Below, one piece after another: positions 40,053-49,790 of a stretch of DNA of 64,000 nt. Under the pieces are notes generated by a model. It was given only the letters and a program-made list of their open reading frames with translations. It was not told the DNA's origin and made no database searches. The stretch spans positions 283,393-347,392 of IMG/VR virus record IMGVR_UViG_3300042879_006196; one strand, written 5' to 3'. The position numbers and the translations under genes are program-made. Numbering within the stretch: position 1 is the first letter of the stretch; each line of letters starts with the position of its first letter.

Positions 40053-40823
40053 ATGTCAATATTCATTAAGCCTTATACTCGTGAATATAGTGTTATTGAC
40101 CCAATTAAATCTGAATTTGATTCAAGTATAATCGTAAATAATAAAATTAAACCAGAATTAAGAGAAAAAATTTTAAAAGCTACAGAAAAAATTTCAGATT
40201 ATGTTGGACATGAGATAGATAAAATTTGGATTTTAGGTTCTTTACTTACTCATCAATATTCTGAAGATTCAGATTTAGATGTAACTTTTTTTTTGAAGGA
40301 TTCTCTAAACCCAGAAGATTACAAAGAGCTAAATAAAACGTGTGCTGATAAATTTAATGATAAGCTTTTTGTTGAAAAACATCCTATAAATTTCTTTTTT
40401 GCAAAACCAAAATTCTTGAAGTACAAATCAGATGCAATTTATGACTTGATTAATGAAAATTGGATTAAAAAGCCAGAAATTTTGTCAGAAGATGACGTTG
40501 AGGAAATAATTCGCAATTGCTCTTCGCTAGATGAATTTAATACAATATTAGAAGAATACACTAATTTAAAAAATCTATTAGAAAACTTTGAAGGTGACTC
40601 CTCACAAATGACTGAGATTTTGAAGCAAACAGTAAAAGTCTCTAAAATGTTCAATGAATTAAAAGACATCAGAAGAAAAGATTTTGAAAAAAAACCTGAT
40701 CCTAATTTGCCTTCAGCAAATTTCAGATGCAGTAATATAATTTTTAAATTATTAGAGCAATATGGTTTAGGGGATATCGTTAATGATGTCAGTGAGTTTA
40801 TTTCTTTTAGACTCAAAAATTAA
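40053..40823 (+). CDS. Pol-beta superfamily nucleotidyltransferase
   Basis: LGS.....YSEDSDLDV; AIYDL...WIKKP. Confidence 0.75.
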   Translation: MSIFIKPYTREYSVIDPIKSEFDSSIIVNNKIKPELREKILKATEKISDYVGHEIDKIWILGSLLTHQYSEDSDLDVTFFLKDSLNPEDYKELNKTCADKFNDKLFVEKHPINFFFAKPKFLKYKSDAIYDLINENWIKKPEILSEDDVEEIIRNCSSLDEFNTILEEYTNLKNLLENFEGDSSQMTEILKQTVKVSKMFNELKDIRRKDFEKKPDPNLPSANFRCSNIIFKLLEQYGLGDIVNDVSEFISFRLKN

Positions 40824-41363
40824 AACCACTGGAGCTGGAAATACACCTTGTTGAATTGTTTTGTTTTTTGTTCTAATAAAAAAACAGCATGATGCTAAAC
40901 CTGGCAATTTTATTGCATCATCAACCTTAAAATCTAAATATTCAGATATCATTTGATTGAAAGTGTGTTTGCTTGTAAATCCTAAAATGTAATTGCCATT
41001 TTTTTTTCTGCCAATATGAGAATGTGGTCCAGATAATATGTAATGGCTTGAAAACCCTTCTTCTTTGAAATTTTTTGTAGCCTGAAAATCTCTCACCAAT
41101 GTTGGACCTGCTTGAATCATTGTTTCGGTTTCTTCAATTTGAAAAATTGCTCTTTTTTTGTTGCCACTTATTTGACTTTTTATCTTTCCATTGTCTTTAA
41201 GGAAACCCAACGGATGTCCTTTGAAATTGTAGTTACAAGCTACAGCTAAACCTATAAAATTTTCATCTGGTGTCCAGTCGTATTCAATTCTATTTCTAAA
41301 AGTGTTTTTTGTAATTTCAATAAAACATTCTTCATCAGAATTTGTAATAATCTTGCACTCCAT
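40767..41363 (-). CDS. Phosphodiester glycosidase (NAGPA/DUF2233)-like, divergent
   Basis: [23 protein letters not shown] in place of LDGGGS. Confidence 0.5.
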   Translation of the reverse strand: MECKIITNSDEECFIEITKNTFRNRIEYDWTPDENFIGLAVACNYNFKGHPLGFLKDNGKIKSQISGNKKRAIFQIEETETMIQAGPTLVRDFQATKNFKEEGFSSHYILSGPHSHIGRKKNGNYILGFTSKHTFNQMISEYLDFKVDDAIKLPGLASCCFFIRTKNKTIQQGVFPAPVVLIFESKRNKLTDIINDIP

Positions 41364-41381
41364 GCGTATAATTATACAGAA

Positions 41382-41957
41382 ATGCTAATACCTTACGTTA
41401 TTGAAAAAACTGGCGAGAACGAACGCTCGTATGATTTATTTTCCAGATTGCTGAAAGATAGAATTATTATGCTTGGAAGTGGAGTGAATGAGCAAACTGC
41501 TAATGTTATCATTGCTCAAATGCTCTTTCTTGAAAAGGAAGATCCAAAAGCTGACATTCATTTTTACATAAACTCACCAGGTGGCTCAGTGTATGATGGA
41601 CTTGCAATTTATGATGTCATGCAGTTTGTATCTTGCCCTGTTGCTACCACTTGTTTTGGAGTTGCGGCGTCTATGGGAGCTGTACTCTTAGCTGGTGGAG
41701 AAAAAGGCAAAAGAAGAATTTTACCTAATTCTCGTGTGATGATTCATCAAGTTTCATCAGGATTTAGAGGCACTACCGCAGATATCAATGTCCAAGCGAA
41801 AGAAACTAATTTTCTCATGGATAAACTTATGCAAATACTTTCTGGTCATACTGGAAAAACTACCGAGCAAGTAAGAATAGATTGCGACCGTGATTATTGG
41901 ATGAGTGCTGAAGAAGCTCTTGAGTATGGTATTATAGACGAGATTATAAAGAAATGA
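41382..41957 (+). CDS. clpP: ATP-dependent Clp protease proteolytic subunit
   Basis: [23 protein letters not shown]. Confidence 0.97.
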   Translation: MLIPYVIEKTGENERSYDLFSRLLKDRIIMLGSGVNEQTANVIIAQMLFLEKEDPKADIHFYINSPGGSVYDGLAIYDVMQFVSCPVATTCFGVAASMGAVLLAGGEKGKRRILPNSRVMIHQVSSGFRGTTADINVQAKETNFLMDKLMQILSGHTGKTTEQVRIDCDRDYWMSAEEALEYGIIDEIIKK

Positions 41958-42031
41958 AAAAAGCAATAATTTTTGATTTAAATCTTTGATAAAATAAAGG
42001 ATTATTGCTATAATGTCAGAAAATATGAAGA

Positions 42032-43153
42032 ATGAAAGAAATTTTTTCAAAAATATCTGAACAAATAATGCATTCGCCAAATTTAAAACATTTAATTTTA
42101 GCCATTGGATTGAAATATAATACTTCAAATTACATTAAAGTTTCAAATTATATTAAAAACAATAATATTAATGATAGTCATTTCCCTCACCCAAAAGATA
42201 AATTAAAATATATTTCGAATGAAGTGTTTATAGAAGCATATCACAAATCAAAATCTCTTGGTGAACTTTTGTCTCAACTTGGATTAAATCACTCTTACTA
42301 TAAAAAATTGCATAAAAAAATTTTTGATTTGAAATTAGATGTTTCAAAATTTCAATTTGTTAAATGGTCTGAAGCTGAAATTGAGTGTCTCAAAGAAAAT
42401 TATCCTACTAAAACAGAAGATGAATTAAAAATTTTATTTCCTAACAGAACAATTGAAGGACTACAAAGATATGCTTGTTATTATAAAATTAAAAAAACAA
42501 AAAATAATGTTTCTTCTAATTTACGTATTCTTTTAAATAATAATTTAGAATCTTTATATTGGATAGGTTTTATTATGGCTGATGGTACAATTGATTTAAA
42601 ACGTGGCAGGTTGAAAATTTCTGTTGACAAAAAAGATGCAGAACATTTATTCAAGTTTAAATCCTATATTGAATGCGAAAATTCTGTGAAAAATTATTGT
42701 CAATCAAAAAACGCTTTTGGCATTAGTGATTTAAGTGAAATTTCTTTATACAATAAAAATGTTATTGAGAAAATCTCTGACAAATTTAATCTTAAACCAA
42801 AAAAAACATATAATCCTCCTGATTGTAAAATTTTTGAACAATTCGAAATTAATCAAATTTTGTCTTTGATTATAGGCTACATAGATGGAGATGGATGTAT
42901 TTATAAAAATAAAAATGGAAACATTGACATTAAAATAGTTAGTCACGAAAGTTGGATTTTTGTTTTTGAGTTTTGGCAAAAATGTATTGAAAAAAAATTC
43001 AAAACAAAAATTCCTTTTGCGAAAATAAATAGTTCAAAATTGTCACAAATAAATTTTAGCAAAAAACAAATTATTTTTGAATTAAAAAAGTTTGTTGAAG
43101 AAAATAATTTACCTGTACTCGAAAGAAAATGGAATAAAATTTCGTATAGTTAA
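42032..43153 (+). CDS. Free-standing double-motif LAGLIDADG homing endonuclease
   Basis: WIGFIMADG and IIGYIDGDG; C-terminal LERKW. Confidence 0.85.
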   Translation: MKEIFSKISEQIMHSPNLKHLILAIGLKYNTSNYIKVSNYIKNNNINDSHFPHPKDKLKYISNEVFIEAYHKSKSLGELLSQLGLNHSYYKKLHKKIFDLKLDVSKFQFVKWSEAEIECLKENYPTKTEDELKILFPNRTIEGLQRYACYYKIKKTKNNVSSNLRILLNNNLESLYWIGFIMADGTIDLKRGRLKISVDKKDAEHLFKFKSYIECENSVKNYCQSKNAFGISDLSEISLYNKNVIEKISDKFNLKPKKTYNPPDCKIFEQFEINQILSLIIGYIDGDGCIYKNKNGNIDIKIVSHESWIFVFEFWQKCIEKKFKTKIPFAKINSSKLSQINFSKKQIIFELKKFVEENNLPVLERKWNKISYS

Positions 43154-43155
43154 AT

Positions 43156-43677
43156 ATGAAAAATAATTTAAAAGCAATAGTTATGGACCTGGATGGAGTG
43201 GTTGTAAATAGCTCATCAAGGTTTAAAAGATTGAATCTTGATGCCTTTATTCGCAGAGATGCAAAAGCTTGGATAAAATCAGTGGAATGGTACAATGCTG
43301 ATTGCAGAGGCGATGAAGTGATTGATTTGGGTGTTGATTTACTTGAAATGCTATGCACATTTTACAAACCAGATTGTGTGTTTTTTATCACAGCTAGAGG
43401 GCATGGCGGATATAAACCCACTTTGCAATGGCTTAAAGATGAAGGGATTTGGAAAGAAGATTGTGTTTTGATTATGCAACCAGAAGATTTTGATAATTAC
43501 CACTTCTACACACAATCTGACCATGCTTCATATAAGAAAAAAGAAGCTCTGAAAATTATGGAAAATTATGAGATTGTGTATGCTGTGGACGATAGCGAAG
43601 ACAATGTTCAGGCATACAGAGATTTAAAAATTCCCACGCTGAAGTTTTGTGTGCCTATCGGAAGAGTGCTGGTTTAA
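43156..43677 (+). CDS. HAD phosphatase (PNKP 3'-phosphatase-like)
   Basis: DLDG, TAR, K, VDD. Confidence 0.75.
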   Translation: MKNNLKAIVMDLDGVVVNSSSRFKRLNLDAFIRRDAKAWIKSVEWYNADCRGDEVIDLGVDLLEMLCTFYKPDCVFFITARGHGGYKPTLQWLKDEGIWKEDCVLIMQPEDFDNYHFYTQSDHASYKKKEALKIMENYEIVYAVDDSEDNVQAYRDLKIPTLKFCVPIGRVLV

Positions 43678-43697
43678 TTTTTAATTTGGGTGAATGG

Positions 43698-44042
43698 ATG
43701 AGAAGAAAGATTAAAGATAGTGTGATTGAAAATTTAGAATGCGTTTGCCATTGTTTTTTAGCGCTATCTATGCTGATTAGTTTCTTCATTTCAATATTTT
43801 CTCTCCCTTCTTTTTTGCTAAGAGATATAGGACCTTTTACAAGAGACGTAGGAATAATTGCATTTATATGGTTCTTGATATCGCTTATATGTTTTAAAGT
43901 TAATGATACAAAAGGCTTCTTAAAATTTTTGCATAAAAGAAATGACAAAATAGATGAAGAAGAAAAAGCTAGACAGCAGGCTCTGCTTCTAGAAGCCGAA
44001 GAAAGAAACAGGGCTGAACTTCAGATTTGGGTGAATGGATGA
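43698..44042 (+). CDS. QIWV-array membrane protein 1
   Basis: Two TM segments, charged tail, QIWVNG. Confidence 0.75.
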   Translation: MRRKIKDSVIENLECVCHCFLALSMLISFFISIFSLPSFLLRDIGPFTRDVGIIAFIWFLISLICFKVNDTKGFLKFLHKRNDKIDEEEKARQQALLLEAEERNRAELQIWVNG

Positions 44043-44362
44043 GAAGAAAGATTAAAGATAGTGTGATTGATACTTTAGCAACCGTTTTGTTTTGCTTTCT
44101 TTTTCTATCTTGTCCGATTAGCTTTGTCATCTTTCTATGGTATGCCTCTGGGGACGTTTCTCCGTACATAACAGGAATTGCATTTATATATTTCTTGATA
44201 TCGCTTATAGGTAGTGCATTTTATAATATAGATGGCTCACTAAACTTTTTGCGTAAACGAAATGGCAAAATTGATGAAGAAGAAAAAGCTCAACTTCAAG
44301 CTAAAGCTCAAGCTGAAGCAGAAAGAACTAGAATTGAATCTCAGATTTGGGTGAGCGAATGA
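44039..44362 (+). CDS. QIWV-array membrane protein 2
   Basis: Paralog, ATGA overlap. Confidence 0.75.
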   Translation: MRRKIKDSVIDTLATVLFCFLFLSCPISFVIFLWYASGDVSPYITGIAFIYFLISLIGSAFYNIDGSLNFLRKRNGKIDEEEKAQLQAKAQAEAERTRIESQIWVSE

Positions 44363-44685
44363 AAAGAAAGTTAACTGAAAAGACAGAAGCTGCTTTAATT
44401 CTCTTTCTTTTTATTTTCCTTTTGCTATCTATTTTGATTAGCTTTTGCATCTCTGTACGTTGGTTCTTTTGGTGCAATAACTGGAACGTAGCACTAATTG
44501 CATTTATATGGTTCTTGATATCGTACAAATGTTTTGTAGGTTTTATATGGAACGATGGCATCTCAGACTTTTTGCATTCAAGAAATGACAAAATAGATGA
44601 AGAAGAAAAAGCTAGACAGCAGGCTCTGCTTCTGGAAGCTGAAGAAAGAAACAGGGCTGAACTTCAGATTTGGGTGAATGAATGA
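44359..44685 (+). CDS. QIWV-array membrane protein 3
   Basis: Paralog; 3' ~100 bp near-identical to gene 1. Confidence 0.75.
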   Translation: MKRKLTEKTEAALILFLFIFLLLSILISFCISVRWFFWCNNWNVALIAFIWFLISYKCFVGFIWNDGISDFLHSRNDKIDEEEKARQQALLLEAEERNRAELQIWVNE

Positions 44686-44993
44686 AAGACGGAAAGTATA
44701 CAAAAGAAGATAAAAGATATATGGAAAGTATGTGGATTGACTTTGGTGTTATACTTGTGTTTGCTATTCCATGCTGTTCTAATATACCTGGATTAGAAAA
44801 TTATGGGATTATTACAGGAATAATTCCTATCGTACTTTTTTTTGGTGTGATATTTTTAATTCGAAAGTATGTGCGCACACACAATCAAAAGATAGATAAA
44901 GAATTTCAAGCTGAACAGGAGAAAAAGGAAGCTGAACTTCAAGCTAAAGCAGACAAAGAAAAAGCTAATTCTCAGATTTGGGTGATCGAATGA
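44682..44993 (+). CDS. QIWV-array membrane protein 4
   Basis: Paralog. Confidence 0.75.
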   Translation: MKDGKYTKEDKRYMESMWIDFGVILVFAIPCCSNIPGLENYGIITGIIPIVLFFGVIFLIRKYVRTHNQKIDKEFQAEQEKKEAELQAKADKEKANSQIWVIE

Positions 44994-45382
44994 ATGAAAC
45001 TATTTGCTATATTTTTGTACCTATTTCTTTTTCTTTATTTTTTATTATTTTAGTAGGTTTTCTAAATCACTTTTCATTAATGGAAAACATTGAAGAAGAA
45101 GAAAAGAAAAAAACAATTAAAATGAGAGCAGAGGAAGAGAGAAAAAGACTTGAAATAGAAGCCGAAAAACTAAACTTGCACAACAAGCAATTAAAGCTTC
45201 ACCTAAAGATTTTGTTGAGCCAGTTCATGGAAAAAAGAATTAAAATAGAAGGAGAGAAAGCTCAACAGAAAGCTCGCCAGATTGCTCAACTTCAAGAAGA
45301 ACAACAAAGTCTTAGAATAAAGGCAGAAGAAGCTGAAGCAGAAAGAACTAGAACACAATCTCAGATTTGGGTGAATGAATGA
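44990..45382 (+). CDS. QIWV-array membrane protein 5
   Basis: One TM plus long coiled coil. Confidence 0.75.
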   Translation: MNETICYIFVPISFSLFFIILVGFLNHFSLMENIEEEEKKKTIKMRAEEERKRLEIEAEKLNLHNKQLKLHLKILLSQFMEKRIKIEGEKAQQKARQIAQLQEEQQSLRIKAEEAEAERTRTQSQIWVNE

Positions 45383-45615
45383 TTTCGGAATTGTATTCTG
45401 TATTTTCGGAGATGGACTTCTTTTCTAAGTTTTGCTTTTGTTTTGCTCTCTTTATGCTTGCATTACTCGTGTGGTGTTTCTTTATAACATTTATTCGAGA
45501 AGAAGCAGAAGAAGCAGAAGAGAGAAAAAGACTTGAAAAACAGGCAGAAGAAGAAAAACTTAAAATTGAAGCCGAAGAAAGAATAAGAGCTAATTCTCAA
45601 ATATGGGTGATTTGA
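45379..45615 (+). CDS. QIWV-array membrane protein 6
   Basis: One TM, QIWVI. Confidence 0.75.
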   Translation: MISELYSVFSEMDFFSKFCFCFALFMLALLVWCFFITFIREEAEEAEERKRLEKQAEEEKLKIEAEERIRANSQIWVI

Positions 45616-45657
45616 TTATGCAATTTTTCAATTTCAAGCGTATAAATAGGTGAGCAT

Positions 45658-46632
45658 ATGTTGAACAAAAATTTTTCAAACGAAGAGCTTCTTGAGCTTA
45701 GACGAAAGCACAAAGAAAAACTTGCACTTCAGGAGCAAGAAACCCAGGAATTGCAAAGAAGAAAAATAGAAGCAGAAAAAAAAGAAGAAGCTGACCGATT
45801 GACATTAACAATTAACAAACTCGTTAATTCATTATTTATTGAGTTTAACAAATCCTTTCAAAGATTTATCCTTACTGAGGATAAAAAATTTGCAATTCAA
45901 GTGGATAGTTCACATGCTGTTTCAACTCTGCTTCCTGGTAGTGAAAAATATAGCAATGTACCTTTTTTGATGCATGAAGCACTAGTTCGAAAAATCAACG
46001 ATACTTACCCAAAGCTCAAATTTTTGAGCTACGTACAACAAAACGCAAATAATACCTACTTTTCAATAGTTTTCGAGCCAATATTGCATAACATTATTCC
46101 CTGTGACATAATCTCAGAAACTCTGCCGAGATGGAAATCTATAAAGACTCTGCCACAATCTGGAAGTGTGTATGTATGTTACACTAATGTAACTGGCGAA
46201 ATAAGTATTCATAAATTTGAAGGAATTGATTTAAGTTCTTTAATCAAAAAGCCAGATTTGCTTCCCACTTTTTGGTTAGAAAAATTACCCAGTTTTAAGG
46301 CAAACATTTTAAGTGCTATAAACATAGTTGGTATGTTGTCATTATTATCAAATATTCCTTTGGTTGTAATTTCAAAGAATTTATTCATCGGGCTTGCTCT
46401 TGGCGCTATTGAAAGTATTGCAATGTTTGTTGCCAATCAAGTGCTCAAAAGCGACAGTATTGAGTCACAATATTCAGAAGATTTATCAAACTACCTTAAA
46501 AGTAATGAATATCTGGCTAATAAAGAGATTGTGTCTTGGTATGATGAATTACCAAAAGATTTTGTAGTAGATGAAAAAACAACCAAACAAAAAGCCTTAG
46601 CTGAGTTTGATAACATCGCAAACACAATCTAA
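45658..46632 (+). CDS. Hypothetical membrane protein
   Basis: N-terminal coiled coil, C-terminal TM pair. Confidence 0.55.
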   Translation: MLNKNFSNEELLELRRKHKEKLALQEQETQELQRRKIEAEKKEEADRLTLTINKLVNSLFIEFNKSFQRFILTEDKKFAIQVDSSHAVSTLLPGSEKYSNVPFLMHEALVRKINDTYPKLKFLSYVQQNANNTYFSIVFEPILHNIIPCDIISETLPRWKSIKTLPQSGSVYVCYTNVTGEISIHKFEGIDLSSLIKKPDLLPTFWLEKLPSFKANILSAINIVGMLSLLSNIPLVVISKNLFIGLALGAIESIAMFVANQVLKSDSIESQYSEDLSNYLKSNEYLANKEIVSWYDELPKDFVVDEKTTKQKALAEFDNIANTI

Positions 46633-46697
46633 TCTTGCTTTGTTTTCCAGGTTTAACATTTTTCTAGTATAATTAACCAGGAAGTCAGAATTAAATA

Positions 46698-48110
46698 ATG
46701 TTGAAGCCCATTTACACAATCTCATTAATATCTATTACAGCTATGTCAAATGCTCAATCTGCAGATTTGTCGTTGCCTGTTGGTAAATCTTCCTTTACCA
46801 TAGATTCAAATAAAAAAATAAATTGGGCTGGATCAAATATGAAATATGATTTTGGCAATTTGAAATATGCTGGGACATTTGCAAATAATTCTCAAGTGCA
46901 CAATTTCAATGCAAAGCTAAGTGATGTCACAATGAGCTATACAAGTTCTGCTCCAAAAAACACAGTGGGTATCACTTATCGCGGACTTACATTCACTTCC
47001 GAGGATTTCAATCGAAATGAAGTGCAGAATGTATTTGCCTCAAAAGTATTGGTAGATAACAAAAATACATTATCTTATCAACAAAAACAATTGTCTATTT
47101 CAATGTCAAAGACTATAGGTAGAAATTTTAATTATGATAGCTATTCTTTTGCTTCCAAGGGGACAAAGATTGATTATGTGGCGTCTGAGAAGCCTTTAAT
47201 GATGACAGACGCTTGGAATCGCCCCTATGCCTCAGAAACGTCTATTATGTTTCAATCTCCTACATTCTCAGCACGAATAATGGACAATTATGATGATGTT
47301 CTTTATTCAACAAAAGGTTTCTCCATTAGGACTATTCATCATCCTAAAAGATTTGAGAATACATTAAACTATTCTAATAAAAACTATAATCTATCTTACG
47401 TTCAATTTAATGATGGATACTCTAAAAATTTCTTGAATATAAATGGCAAAGATTTCAAGTTTAAAATGGCAAACGATGGTGAAACTAATATTAGTCAATT
47501 AGAAACAAAAGACACCACAATAGCACATGGTAACAATCAAAACTTTGTTCAATCAAAAATTGATAAAATTGAATATAGATTGTCTGAAAGTACAGGCAAA
47601 ATTAACTATGATGTTAAAGTGGGAAATATTGGCGTAAGAGATGGCGACACATATGGAATTGTCCAACCGATTAAAAATGTTTCTGTAAAAGCATCATCTG
47701 AAAACGGTGTGGAACAAGTAAGTTATAATACATCTGTAAATAAAACAAATATATCTTTAAAATACAATAATCAATTTGATGTTTATGATTTTTATTTCAA
47801 ACAAAATGCATTTAGTGTTTATGAAAACTCATTCTCTTTGATAGGTCAGAATAGATCACAATTTAAAGATTCGTTTTCTTTCAGTTTGGTTAATCCAAAA
47901 TTTAATTTTGCGTCGGATGTTATTAATGACATTTACGCTTTGACATTCAAAAACAGCAATAATTTTGTGCTATCAATGATTAAAGATCAAAAACAAAATT
48001 TTCTTGGATTGACAAATACAGGTAAATTTGGAAATCTTGGCGTTCAGTATAATATGAACACGCAAATGTTCGACAGATTGTCATTTAACTATGTTATCAA
48101 ATTTCATTGA
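46698..48110 (+). CDS. Exported beta-strand-rich protein, possible outer-membrane protein
   Basis: Signal peptide SNA|Q; C-terminus FNYVIKFH. Confidence 0.55.
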   Translation: MLKPIYTISLISITAMSNAQSADLSLPVGKSSFTIDSNKKINWAGSNMKYDFGNLKYAGTFANNSQVHNFNAKLSDVTMSYTSSAPKNTVGITYRGLTFTSEDFNRNEVQNVFASKVLVDNKNTLSYQQKQLSISMSKTIGRNFNYDSYSFASKGTKIDYVASEKPLMMTDAWNRPYASETSIMFQSPTFSARIMDNYDDVLYSTKGFSIRTIHHPKRFENTLNYSNKNYNLSYVQFNDGYSKNFLNINGKDFKFKMANDGETNISQLETKDTTIAHGNNQNFVQSKIDKIEYRLSESTGKINYDVKVGNIGVRDGDTYGIVQPIKNVSVKASSENGVEQVSYNTSVNKTNISLKYNNQFDVYDFYFKQNAFSVYENSFSLIGQNRSQFKDSFSFSLVNPKFNFASDVINDIYALTFKNSNNFVLSMIKDQKQNFLGLTNTGKFGNLGVQYNMNTQMFDRLSFNYVIKFH

Positions 48111-48190
48111 TACCAACGTTTGAGCAAAAATACTCTTCTTCTTAAATCTGGTGCTGGTTGTATTTTTGGTGAAAGTAAAGTTAAAAACAT
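48104..48190 (-). CDS. Small peptide MFLTLLSPK... (28 aa, not in track)
   Basis: TAATG coupling to the upstream small ORF. Confidence 0.4.
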   Translation of the reverse strand: MFLTLLSPKIQPAPDLRRRVFLLKRWYQ

Positions 48191-48351
48191 TAGATTTCCT
48201 TAAGTTTGGTAATTGTCTCATTCACTGAATTGATTTCTGTAAGAAGGTGATTCAGTTGATCAAAATCACCAATATTTTCAGCTTGTGTATATAGGCTTGT
48301 CAAATTTGCCAGTTTTTTTTCAGATAAAGAAATTAGATCTTGTATGCTCAT
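48190..48351 (-). CDS. Small helical protein MSIQDLIS... (53 aa, not in track)
   Basis: Directly follows the 478-aa gene. Confidence 0.55.
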   Translation of the reverse strand: MSIQDLISLSEKKLANLTSLYTQAENIGDFDQLNHLLTEINSVNETITKLKEI

Positions 48352-48352
48352 A

Positions 48353-49789
48353 TTATATCACCATTTGTCTTAACGTAATTGTCGAAGTGTTCAATAAAAT
48401 ATATACATAATTTATCATTGTGCCACCATCTTTGTAAACAATATTAAACGCAGTGTCTCCAAGTAAAGCTGCGCCGTTCGGATAAAACATTGTGGTCCAA
48501 CCTGTCATGTTTGATCTAGGAATATTGAAATCGAACCATCGTCCAGTAGCATCTTTCTGAATATATAGGCTATTATCAACATAAGAATATTTTGTTCCAG
48601 TAGTAAATGTTTCTACAGCAGGAGAATATGTTACAGCACTCCATATTCCTAAAGGAATATCATATCTGTCAAGGAGAGCTCCAGCCGCTCCTCTAAACGA
48701 ATAGATATATTTTCCATTAAGAATAGCAGATTGATTCGTCCAATCAGAATCTGTGCAATCATCAATGAAATGAGCTGACATACCTGTACCTGGAGCACCA
48801 CCTCTTGCCACGCCTGGATTAAGTTGTATCCATGTATTTATACCTATAGAATATCTGTAAAGCTGAACTGAGTTGTTTCCTAAAAAGTAAAGAAAATCAT
48901 CATTGGCTTCAATAGAGTAAATTGATGTTGTATCAGGTGTTGTTATCCATGTGGCAACACCTAAAGATGTTGCAGTATTTGAAATAATTGTTCTGATTTG
49001 CCCTGCTCCTGCTCCACCCTTTAATCTTACTTGATAATTTACCCATTGGTTGGTTGTCCATGTTTTTGTATTATCAGAAATCGTAGTTGTAGTTGCGGCT
49101 GAAGCTAAACCTACTGAAAAAGAATTATAGTCTGTAGCATGACCATGCCAAGCTGCTGTAGGAACTAATTTTGCATCAGTACCCACTGTTGCTGGAAAAT
49201 TAACAATGCTTAAAGAAATGTAAGTGTTTGTAGCGTAGTCATAAACCCTATATGAACCTGCGGCAAGAGTACCAGCACTTAAAAGGTAAAAGCGAGGCGT
49301 TATGAGTCTGTATCGAGTTTCTGTACTGAAACCACTCGCTTGTGGAGCAACAAAAATTGTTGCATTGGCTCCAACTGTGTTTGATACAATACCCAAGGTC
49401 AAACCAGAATTTGGTCCTGATAAAATATTAACATGGTATCCTCTTAGATCTCTAGCCAAGCTTTGGTTTGTAATTATTGTTTGATTGCTTCCACCAAGAG
49501 CAGACAATGACGTAATACCTACAGATGATCCAAAAGATATGGGGTGACCAGCTCCACACGCTCCAGCGCCAAATGCACCTGTAAGTGCAGGTGAGGGCAC
49601 TTGTACCCAGCCATCTTCATAAGGGTTATATAAATATGCCACAGTAGCTGAGACCACATATAATTGTTGTTGATTGACTCCATTACTACTTACAATATGT
49701 GCTCCAGCGACTGTAGCCGTTGGAGCAGGTGTTACCATTTCCCATCTTTTCAAATCAAGTATTTTTCGATTTCCATTTGTGGTAGCCAT
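48353..49789 (-). CDS. Beta-propeller/kelch-like putative virion protein
   Basis: Thr/Gly-rich; YRYSI..NTW and DRYDI...W blade-like units; duplicated G.G.GQ.R.I.SNT unit. Confidence 0.55.
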   Translation of the reverse strand: MATTNGNRKILDLKRWEMVTPAPTATVAGAHIVSSNGVNQQQLYVVSATVAYLYNPYEDGWVQVPSPALTGAFGAGACGAGHPISFGSSVGITSLSALGGSNQTIITNQSLARDLRGYHVNILSGPNSGLTLGIVSNTVGANATIFVAPQASGFSTETRYRLITPRFYLLSAGTLAAGSYRVYDYATNTYISLSIVNFPATVGTDAKLVPTAAWHGHATDYNSFSVGLASAATTTTISDNTKTWTTNQWVNYQVRLKGGAGAGQIRTIISNTATSLGVATWITTPDTTSIYSIEANDDFLYFLGNNSVQLYRYSIGINTWIQLNPGVARGGAPGTGMSAHFIDDCTDSDWTNQSAILNGKYIYSFRGAAGALLDRYDIPLGIWSAVTYSPAVETFTTGTKYSYVDNSLYIQKDATGRWFDFNIPRSNMTGWTTMFYPNGAALLGDTAFNIVYKDGGTMINYVYILLNTSTITLRQMVI

Positions 49790-49790
49790 A

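Noticed and set aside
41382-43153. Intein or group I intron carrying the LAGLIDADG gene in clpP
   Set aside because: clpP is complete with its own stop, no splice motifs are visible, and the downstream gene has its own promoter motif.
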